The notes under the pieces: generated by a model
Database searches by the model: none
What the model saw: the letters and a program-made list of their open reading frames with translations, nothing else
Told to the model about the DNA's origin: nothing
Assembly: GCA_964654505.1 (NCBI GenBank)
Contig: CAZZJN010000001.1
Location: 31,195-87,170 of the forward strand
From: an uncultured Ardenticatenaceae bacterium
GTDB lineage: Bacteria; Chloroflexota; Anaerolineae; Promineifilales; Promineifilaceae
DNA: 55,976 nt
Direction: 5' to 3'
Program-made: the position numbers and the translations under genes
Shown here: positions 28,998-37,614 of the stretch, in pieces
Layout of the letters: each line of letters starts with the position of its first letter
Position numbering within the stretch: position 1 is the first letter of the stretch

Positions 28998-30545
28998 ATG
29001 TCATTCGCACCCTATGCCGTCCTCTGGGTCATCCTGGCCATCGCCGCGGGCATTTGTTACCTGGCCAAGCGGCGAAATCCGATCCTTTTAGCGACTTCCC
29101 TGATCGCTAACCTGCTGGCCTTTGCCCTCTGGTTCATCTTTCAACCTGATTCGGCCGTGGCCACCTCACCCCTTTTCGGGCGGCAGTGGGCCGTGGGCCA
29201 AACGGCCTGGAGCCTGACCGGGATCGTCCTGCTGCTATTGCTCGTGGCTATTGTGTATGCCGCCCTGCGCGACGATGGCCCGATGGGCGACCCGATGGGC
29301 ATGGGAACTCGCCCGGCGTGGCTTCTGGTGTTGACCGCGGCCGTGCTGCCCGTCGCCTGGGCGGCCGACGACCGCTCGCGCGTGTTGGCGTTATCTTTCT
29401 TCGTTTTGGTATGGGCGGCCGCGCAGCTACGGGATAGCCATAGAAATACCCGGGCGACGTTTGACTGGAACTGGCTGGTTGCGTCGTTATTTCCGCTTTG
29501 GCTGGCGGCCGCCTGGCCGGCAGGTAGACCAGCGCTCGTGTTGTTAGCTGCAGGATTGCTGATGGGGAGTTGGCCTTTCGATGGCCGGTGGCGAGTTGGT
29601 GTAACCGGCGACACTGTGCTGCAACTGATATTGAACGTTTTGCCGGCGGTCGCAGGTGCGGCCGTGCTCGCCTCGGCGGGCACTGTGGCGTTCAGCAGCG
29701 TCGTGATCGGCATTGTCACCGCATTCGGCTTCTTCAACCTCATCGTTGGGCTGATCCGGACATGGCGATTGCCCTTCAATCGCCTGGCTGAATCGTTTGG
29801 TCCGGCCCTGGCAGGGTTGGCGCTTGTCGCCGCCGTCTGGTCTCCGACCGGGGGAAGCCATGAGGTGCTGCTCCCGGCAACCCGATTGGCGGTGTTTGTT
29901 CCTGCCATTCTCATGCTCATTGCCTTGCTTGTCAGCCACGGAGATTCAGTTGGCAGTATCGCCGCAGAATCTCGTCGCCCGGCTGTCTCTCCCGGCTTAA
30001 TCGGTTCCGTCGTGGCCTTCGCAGCCGTCGGGGGTTTGCCGTTGACCGCCGGATTCGCCACCCTCGCCCGGCTTTATTGGGCCTGGACTTTGACAGCGGC
30101 CGGCTGGGCACTAATTGTTCCGCTGATCATCTTGTTGAGTTTGTGGCTGGCGGCCGCCTGGCAGACCGCCCGCGCCATGGCTGAGCGATTCGATCGCGGC
30201 CGGACGGCGTGGCTACGGGGCGTTGCCTTGTTGTTGCCGGTCATCGGCCTGCTCCAATTCAATCTCGGTGGCTTCGAGACGGAACTGCTAAGCTGGATCA
30301 TCGTCCCTCTCCCCCTCGTGGCCGGACTGCTGCTGGGGTATTTCGGTCCTGGCCGGCGAACGCTCGATGAGCGGCTCACACCGGCGCTATCAGCCCTGTC
30401 GTTGCTCAGGGCGCCATTGAATCGATCCCGGCGTTTTGGCAAGGCTGCGGCCGACGCAATAGCCGACGCCGCCGCGATCCTCGAAGGCGAGTTCGGCCTG
30501 CTGTGGCTGCTGGGGTTGGTTTTGCTGTTGCTCTGGCTGGCCTGA
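28998..30545 (+). CDS. Polytopic membrane protein, divergent NuoL/HyfB/MrpA-like
   Basis: Many hydrophobic helices; GGLPLTAGF and GSWPF are remnants of proton-antiporter-module motifs. Confidence 0.55.
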   Translation: MSFAPYAVLWVILAIAAGICYLAKRRNPILLATSLIANLLAFALWFIFQPDSAVATSPLFGRQWAVGQTAWSLTGIVLLLLLVAIVYAALRDDGPMGDPMGMGTRPAWLLVLTAAVLPVAWAADDRSRVLALSFFVLVWAAAQLRDSHRNTRATFDWNWLVASLFPLWLAAAWPAGRPALVLLAAGLLMGSWPFDGRWRVGVTGDTVLQLILNVLPAVAGAAVLASAGTVAFSSVVIGIVTAFGFFNLIVGLIRTWRLPFNRLAESFGPALAGLALVAAVWSPTGGSHEVLLPATRLAVFVPAILMLIALLVSHGDSVGSIAAESRRPAVSPGLIGSVVAFAAVGGLPLTAGFATLARLYWAWTLTAAGWALIVPLIILLSLWLAAAWQTARAMAERFDRGRTAWLRGVALLLPVIGLLQFNLGGFETELLSWIIVPLPLVAGLLLGYFGPGRRTLDERLTPALSALSLLRAPLNRSRRFGKAAADAIADAAAILEGEFGLLWLLGLVLLLLWLA

Positions 30546-30552
30546 TTACATT

Positions 30553-31269
30553 ATGGGTACTCCGACTATCTTCGACCTTCTCGACCGCTTGGCTTTCCTG
30601 CGTGGGGCGCCGTCGGTAACCATCGTCCTGGTGGCGGCCTTCGCGGCCGTTGCCCTGTGGGACGCCCGCCTGACTCTCCCGGCGCTGCTCGTCCACTATC
30701 TTGTGGCAGGGCTGTTGTTCGTCGATATGCTCGATCCGCGACTGGCCGTGGTTCATGTCCTGGCCGGGCTGTTCATCACCCTCATGATGCTGGTGACGGC
30801 CCGACAAGTTAGCTGGGGCCGGCCACCGACCGGATCGTCGGCCGGGGATGCACCTCAGCCGCGCCGCTTGAAACTGGGCCGTTTCCATATCACCGACCGC
30901 CACCTGTTGCGACTGGGATTGGCCGCGCTCGTCCTGGCGTCGGCGTCACGGCCGGGTTTGCCGGCGGGGCCATCGGCCGCCTTCCTGCCTGGCGTCGTCC
31001 CGGACGACCTGGCCTATATTCGCCCGGCGATCATCGGACTGGCCGCCATGGGACTGGTGGGGTTGGCAACGACCACCGAGCCGCTGCCCGCCGGTATTGG
31101 CTTGCTCCTCCTGCTGAGCGGTTTCTCGCTTTTTTACGGCTTCCTGGACCAATCTCTGGCCATGACCGTCGCCCTCATTATCGTTCAGATGACCGTGGCT
31201 CTGGTCATTGGTTATCTGGCACAGGCGCATTTCCTGCCGACGGACGCGGCCATTGAGGCGCTGGACTGA
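30553..31269 (+). CDS. Hypothetical polytopic membrane protein
   Basis: About 7 hydrophobic segments; 7-bp and 1-bp gaps to its neighbours. Confidence 0.7.
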   Translation: MGTPTIFDLLDRLAFLRGAPSVTIVLVAAFAAVALWDARLTLPALLVHYLVAGLLFVDMLDPRLAVVHVLAGLFITLMMLVTARQVSWGRPPTGSSAGDAPQPRRLKLGRFHITDRHLLRLGLAALVLASASRPGLPAGPSAAFLPGVVPDDLAYIRPAIIGLAAMGLVGLATTTEPLPAGIGLLLLLSGFSLFYGFLDQSLAMTVALIIVQMTVALVIGYLAQAHFLPTDAAIEALD

Positions 31270-31270
31270 T

Positions 31271-32596
31271 ATGGAAACCGGCTTCCCCATCGTCATGCTT
31301 GCGGTGCCGCTCGTGGCCGCGGCCGTCGCCGTCGTTCTGCGGGGGTGGCAGCGCGTCACGGCCGTTGTCGGCATCATCACGGCCGTCCTGCTGACACTGC
31401 TTCTCTGGCTGGCCGCGCCGGAGGTAGGCTTATTTGCCGATAACACAGCCAACCTCTTTGGTCGCGAGATCGTCCTGACGCCTTTCGTACGCTCTCTGTT
31501 CCTGTTCATCTATCCCGCCTTTGGAATCCTGGCGGCGATGAGCTGGTTTCGATCGCCCAGCCGAATGGTTATCCCCACGGGATTGGCCGTCCTGGCTCCA
31601 ATGGCCGCCGCCCTCATGGTGACGCCCATGGCCACCGGCGTAGTCTGGCTGGTGGTGGCCGCAGTCATGCTGACCCCCGCTCTTTACGGCGGCCGCCACG
31701 AAGCTGCATCCTCGGTGTGGCGCTACTTCCTGCTGGCGACGCTTTCCGTGATCCCGCTATTGCTGACCGCCTCGCCACCCGCGGGTGGCTGGCCCATGCC
31801 CTGGCTTGGGCCGCTGCTGGCGACGCTCATCGTCCTGGGCGGATTCCCGTTCCACATCTGGATCGGCGACCTGAGTCGTCATTCGAACCCGGCCGCGCTG
31901 GCCCTCGCCCTTGGGCTGGCTCAGATCGCGCCGGTCATCTTCCTGCTTCTGTTGCTTGATACCGTCCCCGCCGCGCGCACGGCCGTGACCTTTCAGACGG
32001 CCGTGCGTTGGAGCGCCGCGCTGACGGCATTGTTAGCCGTGTTCCAGATGAGCCGGTCGCCGGACTGGCCCGGCGTCGTCGCTGGAGCGCTTCTTCTGGA
32101 TATGGGCTTTTTGTTGACGGCCGCGCTCCTCCCCGGTGCGGACGGGCTGATCATCGCCATACCCGCCCTCATTAATCGCTATCTGAGCCTGTTGCTGCTC
32201 ACATTTGGCCCCGGCCCACATTCGGCGACGGTGGAGGTCTCCCCTGTGCGACGTTTCGTCCGCCGGTTGCAACAGGTCTTGCCCGCCTACGGCCTCCTGT
32301 CGCTCATTGGCGTGCCGTTGACGCCGGGCTTCGCCGCCCGATGGGCCCAAGTCGCGGCCGTGGGACAGGCCTCGGGTGTCTGGCCGCCGATTCTGCTGGT
32401 GATATCAATCCTGGCGGCGGCGTGGATCGCCGCGCGAGCCATCAGCCGAACCAAGGAAGGATATAAGGAGGGGTCGGGTTCTCATTTCGATGGCGAAGCT
32501 ATCCTGGCCACGATCATGATCGGCGTCTTCATCTTGTTAGGATTGCTGCCGCACTTATTAACCGTCTATGCCGCCCGACTGCTCGGCCTCTCGTGA
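31271..32596 (+). CDS. Proton-conducting transporter-like membrane subunit (NuoN/M, HyfF-like, divergent)
   Basis: WRYFLL, LGGFPFHIW, LLSLIGVPLTPGFAARW, ILLGLLP. Confidence 0.65.
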   Translation: METGFPIVMLAVPLVAAAVAVVLRGWQRVTAVVGIITAVLLTLLLWLAAPEVGLFADNTANLFGREIVLTPFVRSLFLFIYPAFGILAAMSWFRSPSRMVIPTGLAVLAPMAAALMVTPMATGVVWLVVAAVMLTPALYGGRHEAASSVWRYFLLATLSVIPLLLTASPPAGGWPMPWLGPLLATLIVLGGFPFHIWIGDLSRHSNPAALALALGLAQIAPVIFLLLLLDTVPAARTAVTFQTAVRWSAALTALLAVFQMSRSPDWPGVVAGALLLDMGFLLTAALLPGADGLIIAIPALINRYLSLLLLTFGPGPHSATVEVSPVRRFVRRLQQVLPAYGLLSLIGVPLTPGFAARWAQVAAVGQASGVWPPILLVISILAAAWIAARAISRTKEGYKEGSGSHFDGEAILATIMIGVFILLGLLPHLLTVYAARLLGLS

Positions 32597-32602
32597 TCGA
32601 TT

Positions 32603-33154
32603 ATGGCCGCCCATTGGTATACCCTGCACGTCAAGCCCCATAAGGAGCGATTCATCCATGAACGGTTGCGCTCCCCGGAAGGGCTTCCCTACCTGGGTGA
32701 ATCAGGGCTGGGGCGGCCGATCGATGTATTCTTTCCGTCTGTACGCGTGAAACCCAAAAACCCGCGTGCGGCAAAGATACGCCCCTATTTCCCCGGCTAC
32801 CTGTTCGTCCAGGCCGATCTGGAGGCGCTGGGCGAAAATGCCTTTAGCTGGATTCCCGGCGCGCATGGTTTGGTCAAATTTGGCGGGACCCCCGCTATCG
32901 TGCCTGAGGCGTTGATAAACGAGTTGAGGCTACGCATAGCCCAGATCGAAGAGGCCGGCGGATGGATTGAATCAACACTGGCGCCCGGAGATTCTGTGCG
33001 TATCGTCTCAGGGCCGTTCGCCGGATATGAGGCTATTTTCGATGCACAACTACCCGGCTTTGATCGCGTTCAGGTCTTGCTGGCTTTCCTGAGCCACCAC
33101 CCGCAACGAATTCAGCTTGACATCGAGAATGTGGAGAGGATCAAGAAGTCGTGA
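32603..33154 (+). CDS. NusG/RfaH-family transcription antitermination paralog
   Basis: WYTLHVKPHKE, YFPGYLFV, GLVKFG..PAIVP, KOW motif GDSVRIVSGPFAG. Confidence 0.88.
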   Translation: MAAHWYTLHVKPHKERFIHERLRSPEGLPYLGESGLGRPIDVFFPSVRVKPKNPRAAKIRPYFPGYLFVQADLEALGENAFSWIPGAHGLVKFGGTPAIVPEALINELRLRIAQIEEAGGWIESTLAPGDSVRIVSGPFAGYEAIFDAQLPGFDRVQVLLAFLSHHPQRIQLDIENVERIKKS

Positions 33155-33278
33155 AATCGGCCGCCGCGCCAATGCAATCCGACATTTTTGCGGTAAGATT
33201 ATCAACGCGTTGAATGAATAACCAGTTGCGCCGGAGCGGCCGCTGAAGGCAAATCCCCGGCAAACCGAGCAAAACAAT

Positions 33279-34613
33279 ATGACGGAATCTAAAATAAATC
33301 GCAAAGAGCGGATTTTGGCGCGAATTGCCAATCGCGAGGCCAGGCTCGGCATCGTCGGCCTGGGCTATGTGGGTTTGCCATTGGCCGTGGCCTTCGCCCA
33401 GGAGGGATTCACGGTGATCGGCGTGGATGTCGATCCCGGCAAAGTATCTTCCCTGAGCCATGGCGAGAGCTATATCGAAGACATCCCCTCGGCCGTATTG
33501 GAGCCTCTTGTCAAAGCGGGTCTGATCCGGGCCACGACCGATTATGCCGATCTGTCCGAGGTGGATGCCGTCTCCATCTGCGTGCCCACACCACTGCGCA
33601 AGACGAAAGACCCTGATATCTCCTATATCGTCCATGCGGTCGACTGCCTGGCCACCCACCTGCCGGCCGGAGAGGGCCAACTCATCGTCCTGGAGAGCAC
33701 CACGTATCCCGGGACGACGGATGAGGTCGTGCTGCCACGCTTCGCCCAATACGGCTTCGAAGCCGGTCGCGATTTCTTCATGGCTTTTTCGCCCGAACGC
33801 ATCGACCCCGGCCGTACCGACTACACCGTTCGCACCACGCCCAAGGTGATCGGCGGCGCGACCTCCGATTGCCTCGACGTGGCCGTCGCGCTCTACGGCA
33901 CCATCGTCGACAGGCCGATACCGGTTTCGAGCACGGCCGCGGCCGAGATGGTTAAGCTGCTGGAAAACACTTTCCGGGCGGTCAACATCGGCCTCGTCAA
34001 TGAAGTGGCCCTCATGTGCGACAAGCTGGGCCTCAACGTGTGGGAAGTCGTCGACGCGGCCGCCTCCAAGCCCTATGGCTTCATGCCCTTCTACCCCGGC
34101 CCCGGTCTAGGTGGCCACTGCATCCCCATCGATCCCCACTATCTGAGTTGGAAGCTGCGAACGCTCAACTATACGGCACGATTCATTGAGTTGGCATCGG
34201 AAGTCAACAGCCATATGCCCGACTATGTCATCAGCAAGGTTGCTGATGCGCTGAACGACGAGCGCAAGGCTATCAACGGCAGCGATATTCTGGTTCTCGG
34301 CATGGCCTACAAACGCGATGTCGGCGATGTTCGCGAAAGTCCGGCGCTGGATGTCATCCACCTGTTGCGCCGGCGCGGGGCGAACATCAGTTACCACGAC
34401 CCGTACATCCCTTCTGCGATGCTGGACGGCGACACGCTTTCATCGATTGAGCTGACGGCCGAGGCGCTGGCCGCGGCCGATTGTGTCGTCATTGTGACCA
34501 ATCACAGTGTCTACGACTGGCAATGGATAGCCGGTAACGCCCGTCTCATCGTGGACACGCGCAACGCGCTGGCTTCGCCGAACGTGGCCAAAGCCCGCAT
34601 CGTTCGTCTATAG
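33279..34613 (+). CDS. Nucleotide-sugar dehydrogenase (UDP-GlcNAc/ManNAc 6-dehydrogenase, WbpA/WecC-like)
   Basis: GLGYVGLP, ICVPTP, ESTTYPGTT, SPERIDPG, KLLENTFR, GGHCIPIDP, D.RESP. Confidence 0.93.
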   Translation: MTESKINRKERILARIANREARLGIVGLGYVGLPLAVAFAQEGFTVIGVDVDPGKVSSLSHGESYIEDIPSAVLEPLVKAGLIRATTDYADLSEVDAVSICVPTPLRKTKDPDISYIVHAVDCLATHLPAGEGQLIVLESTTYPGTTDEVVLPRFAQYGFEAGRDFFMAFSPERIDPGRTDYTVRTTPKVIGGATSDCLDVAVALYGTIVDRPIPVSSTAAAEMVKLLENTFRAVNIGLVNEVALMCDKLGLNVWEVVDAAASKPYGFMPFYPGPGLGGHCIPIDPHYLSWKLRTLNYTARFIELASEVNSHMPDYVISKVADALNDERKAINGSDILVLGMAYKRDVGDVRESPALDVIHLLRRRGANISYHDPYIPSAMLDGDTLSSIELTAEALAAADCVVIVTNHSVYDWQWIAGNARLIVDTRNALASPNVAKARIVRL

Positions 34614-34616
34614 CAA

Positions 34617-36017
34617 TTAGCGACGCAAACGGTGGGGGTAGTGATTTTTTAGCCTACCCCCCACCACCTTTCCCCAACCCAATCCGAACCCGTCCACCGT
34701 CACCAGCGTCCAGCCATCCGGCAGGCTGCTGACCGACGGCTCCTGCCCGGCGAGATAGGCAGCCAACCGGGGATCATCGGCCGTCCAGTTAACCACTGAG
34801 GCGGCGTCATCAACAGTCAGAGCCAGCGCCAGGTCATGAGCGGGCTGGAAGCGGCCCGGTTTGATCTCGCCCAGCAACAGGCCGTAGCGAATGATGTGGA
34901 GGTTGCCCGTAGGCAAGGTGGTTTGCGGCCGCAGGTAGAGGCGGCCGTTATGGGCGAATATCCTCTCGACAGGGACATCAACGGTCAACACATCATTGGA
35001 GAATTCGCGCCATAGACGGGATTCATCACCTGTCAGTGGATGATAGGAGAAAACACCTCGCGTTTCCTGTTCCTCACCGCCATCTTTTCGCTCCATGAGA
35101 GCCAGGAAATGACCCTCACCTGGAAAGCGATGGGGCCAGAGCCGGACGGCATGGCTTAGCTGATCGGCGACATCCAATGGCGCGTCCGACCACTCCGGGC
35201 GACCGCGCTCAAACCCCGCGAACCGATCAGGCTCCATCATCTCCCAGTCTCTCTCGCGATTCAAGAAACCGGCGATCACTTGCTCGTTCTCCTCGGGCGC
35301 AAACGTGCAGGTCGAGTACAGCAGACGGCCGCCCGGCCGAACGAGTTCGGGCGCAACCGACAGGATGCCGCGTTGCCGCCGGGCGCAGGCAGCGACGATG
35401 GCTTGGCTCCATTCGATACTCTCGTTGCGGCGAAACATCCCCTCGCCGGAACAGGGAGCGTCGATGAGAACCCGGTCGAACACGGGACCGAAGGCGGCAG
35501 CTACACGCTCCGGCTCATCCTGTGTCACCAGCACGTTGAGCGCCCCCCAGCGAGCCAGATTCTCGGCCAGCAGCCGGGAGCGCCCGGCATGGACGTCATT
35601 GGCCACCAGCAAGCCCTCGGCCGCCAGACCTCGTCGCAGCGCGGATTGGCGCTTGCCGGGTGTCGACGCGGCCATCAGACCGGCCAGATGCGTCGCCTTG
35701 CCGCCGGGCGCGGCCGCCAGGTCGAGGATCATCTCGCCCGGCGCGGGAGCCAGCAGCGCGGCGGCGACCATGGCCGACGGCTCTTGCAGATAGTAGAGGC
35801 CTGCGTCGTGGTAGGGGTGGCGGCCGGGACGATCATCGCTGGTGACGATAAAACTGGTCGGTTCCCAACCGCCTACTGGAGCAAGCGAGAACGGAGCGAT
35901 GCTGATAAAATCCGGGACGGAGATTTTCAGCGTGTTGACGCGCAGCCCAACCCGCGACGGCCGATCGAAGGCAGCGACGAAGGCGTCGAATTCGGCCGCC
36001 GGCAGTAATTGGCGCAT
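34617..36017 (-). CDS. rsmF: RsmB/RsmF-family rRNA m5C methyltransferase (start uncertain)
   Basis: LRVNTLK, YYLQEPSAM, DLAAAPGGK, DAPCSGEGMFR, YSTCTF, RLWPH, LKNHYP (RsmF-type C-terminus). Confidence 0.85.
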   Translation of the reverse strand: MRQLLPAAEFDAFVAAFDRPSRVGLRVNTLKISVPDFISIAPFSLAPVGGWEPTSFIVTSDDRPGRHPYHDAGLYYLQEPSAMVAAALLAPAPGEMILDLAAAPGGKATHLAGLMAASTPGKRQSALRRGLAAEGLLVANDVHAGRSRLLAENLARWGALNVLVTQDEPERVAAAFGPVFDRVLIDAPCSGEGMFRRNESIEWSQAIVAACARRQRGILSVAPELVRPGGRLLYSTCTFAPEENEQVIAGFLNRERDWEMMEPDRFAGFERGRPEWSDAPLDVADQLSHAVRLWPHRFPGEGHFLALMERKDGGEEQETRGVFSYHPLTGDESRLWREFSNDVLTVDVPVERIFAHNGRLYLRPQTTLPTGNLHIIRYGLLLGEIKPGRFQPAHDLALALTVDDAASVVNWTADDPRLAAYLAGQEPSVSSLPDGWTLVTVDGFGLGWGKVVGGRLKNHYPHRLRR

Positions 36018-36080
36018 GCGAGACAGGAACGCTTCCGGTGGCCCGGCGGCTGAACCGTCCGCATGAGTGATCTGAGAGCG

Positions 36081-37172
36081 ATGACGAGCGATAAAACCCT
36101 TACCTTGCCCCACGGCACAATCGATCTGCCCGCGTTCTTGCCGGACGGCACGCAAGGCGTCGTGCGGTCGGTGTCGGCCGAGGATCTGGAAGCTTGCCAA
36201 ATCCAGGCCGTGCAGATGAATGTTTACCACCTGATGCAGCGGCCGGGCAGTTCGACAATCGGAGCGCTGGGCGGGCTGCACCGGATGGCGGGCTGGTCGC
36301 GGCCTATCTTCACCGATTCCGGCGGCTTCCAAGTATACTCGCTCATCCGGCAGAACCCCAAGGCAGGCTCCATCACCGAGCGCGGGGCGACCTTTAAGCC
36401 CGGCGGCGATCGCAAGTACATCCTGACGCCGGAGAAGAGCGTCCAACTCCAGTTCGGCTATGGCAGCGACATGATCATCTGCTTCGATGACTGTACCGGC
36501 CCCGACGATCCCCCCGAAGCCCAGGCCGATTCGGTGCGGCGAACGATCAAATGGGCGGCCGAGTGCAAGCGGACGTTCCTGCAGTTGGCGGATCAAAAAC
36601 GGCTGGACGATGTCGCGCGGCCAAAGCTCATGGCCGTCATCCAGGGCGGTCTGTCGCGCGATTTGCGACAGCGCTGTGCCGAGACCTTGCTGGAGATCGG
36701 CTTCGACGCCTACGGCTACGGCGGTTGGCCACTGGATGCCGGGGGCAATCTACTGGTGGAAATGGTCGGCCTGGTGCGCGAGCTGGTGCCGCCCGAGTTC
36801 CCTGTCCACGCCCTGGGCATCGGCCATCCGGTCAACGTTGCCGCCTGTGTTGCGATGGGTTACGAGTTATTCGACAGCACCATGCCCACCCGCGACGCGC
36901 GTCACGGCCGTTTGTATGCCTTCACTCGCGATCCGCGCTCGGCGCCCCTCCGGCCAAACGAGAACTGGTTCACCTATGTCTACCCCGGCGACGACAAACA
37001 TATCAAGGCGGCCGACCCCGTGTCCGTCTGGTGCGATTGCCCCGCCTGCACCCGTTACTCGCTGGCCTACCTGCACCACCTCTTCAAGATCAATGACACG
37101 CTTTATCCTCGCCTGGCAACGATCCATAACCTGCGCTTCATGACGCTGCTCATGGAGAGATTGAAGGATTAA
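36081..37172 (+). CDS. tgt: tRNA-guanine transglycosylase family protein (atypical)
   Basis: TDSGGFQV, LTPE, FDDC, IQGG, FDSTMPTRDARHG, Zn site CDCPAC...HN; alternative start at 36063. Confidence 0.85.
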   Translation: MTSDKTLTLPHGTIDLPAFLPDGTQGVVRSVSAEDLEACQIQAVQMNVYHLMQRPGSSTIGALGGLHRMAGWSRPIFTDSGGFQVYSLIRQNPKAGSITERGATFKPGGDRKYILTPEKSVQLQFGYGSDMIICFDDCTGPDDPPEAQADSVRRTIKWAAECKRTFLQLADQKRLDDVARPKLMAVIQGGLSRDLRQRCAETLLEIGFDAYGYGGWPLDAGGNLLVEMVGLVRELVPPEFPVHALGIGHPVNVAACVAMGYELFDSTMPTRDARHGRLYAFTRDPRSAPLRPNENWFTYVYPGDDKHIKAADPVSVWCDCPACTRYSLAYLHHLFKINDTLYPRLATIHNLRFMTLLMERLKD

Positions 37173-37334
37173 CTACGGAAAGGTGTGGTTCAATTCGTTT
37201 GATTCGTGACGAGATGATTTCCCGCAACTATGGATCGCCATAACCTTAAAGTCAAATTAGAACTGATAGACAACATATAAAATCCAGAACGGCATCGTCT
37301 CCACGACCGACCAGATCAAATGGAGAGAATTGAC

Positions 37335-37529
37335 ATGAAAGAGACAAGTGAAGCGAGATTACTGCGACGTCAGAACGGCATGTTCGCCGGTGTCTGCGGC
37401 GGATTAGCGGAGTTCACCGGCATCAGCGCGTTCTGGTTCCGGCTGCTATTCCTGATTCTGCTGTTGCCGGGCGGTTTGCCGGGCTTGCTGCCCTATCTGC
37501 TGCTGTGGATTGTGATCCCCAAGAGATAA
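37335..37529 (+). CDS. PspC domain protein
   Basis: L.R...MFAGVCGGLAE.......RL.F......YLLLWIVIP. Confidence 0.9.
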   Translation: MKETSEARLLRRQNGMFAGVCGGLAEFTGISAFWFRLLFLILLLPGGLPGLLPYLLLWIVIPKR

Positions 37530-37614
37530 AGCAAGGGGTCCGAAGGTAAGTTGGGCCTGCGGCTGGAGAAGGTGACATAATCGCCACCCCTCCGACCGCC
37601 GGCCCTTTGTTATT

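Noticed and set aside
33155-33278. ops element (GCGGTAAG) after the NusG paralog
   Set aside because: Does not match GGCGGTAG..TG; better explained as a TAAGAT -10 element.
36114-36596. Long N-terminal extension of the 659-aa rsmF ORF
   Set aside because: It is the antisense reading of tgt; RsmF similarity begins only near PPEAFLSRM.
37261-37300. ECF promoter upstream of pspC
   Set aside because: CGTC is present but there is no convincing -35 at 16-17 nt spacing.
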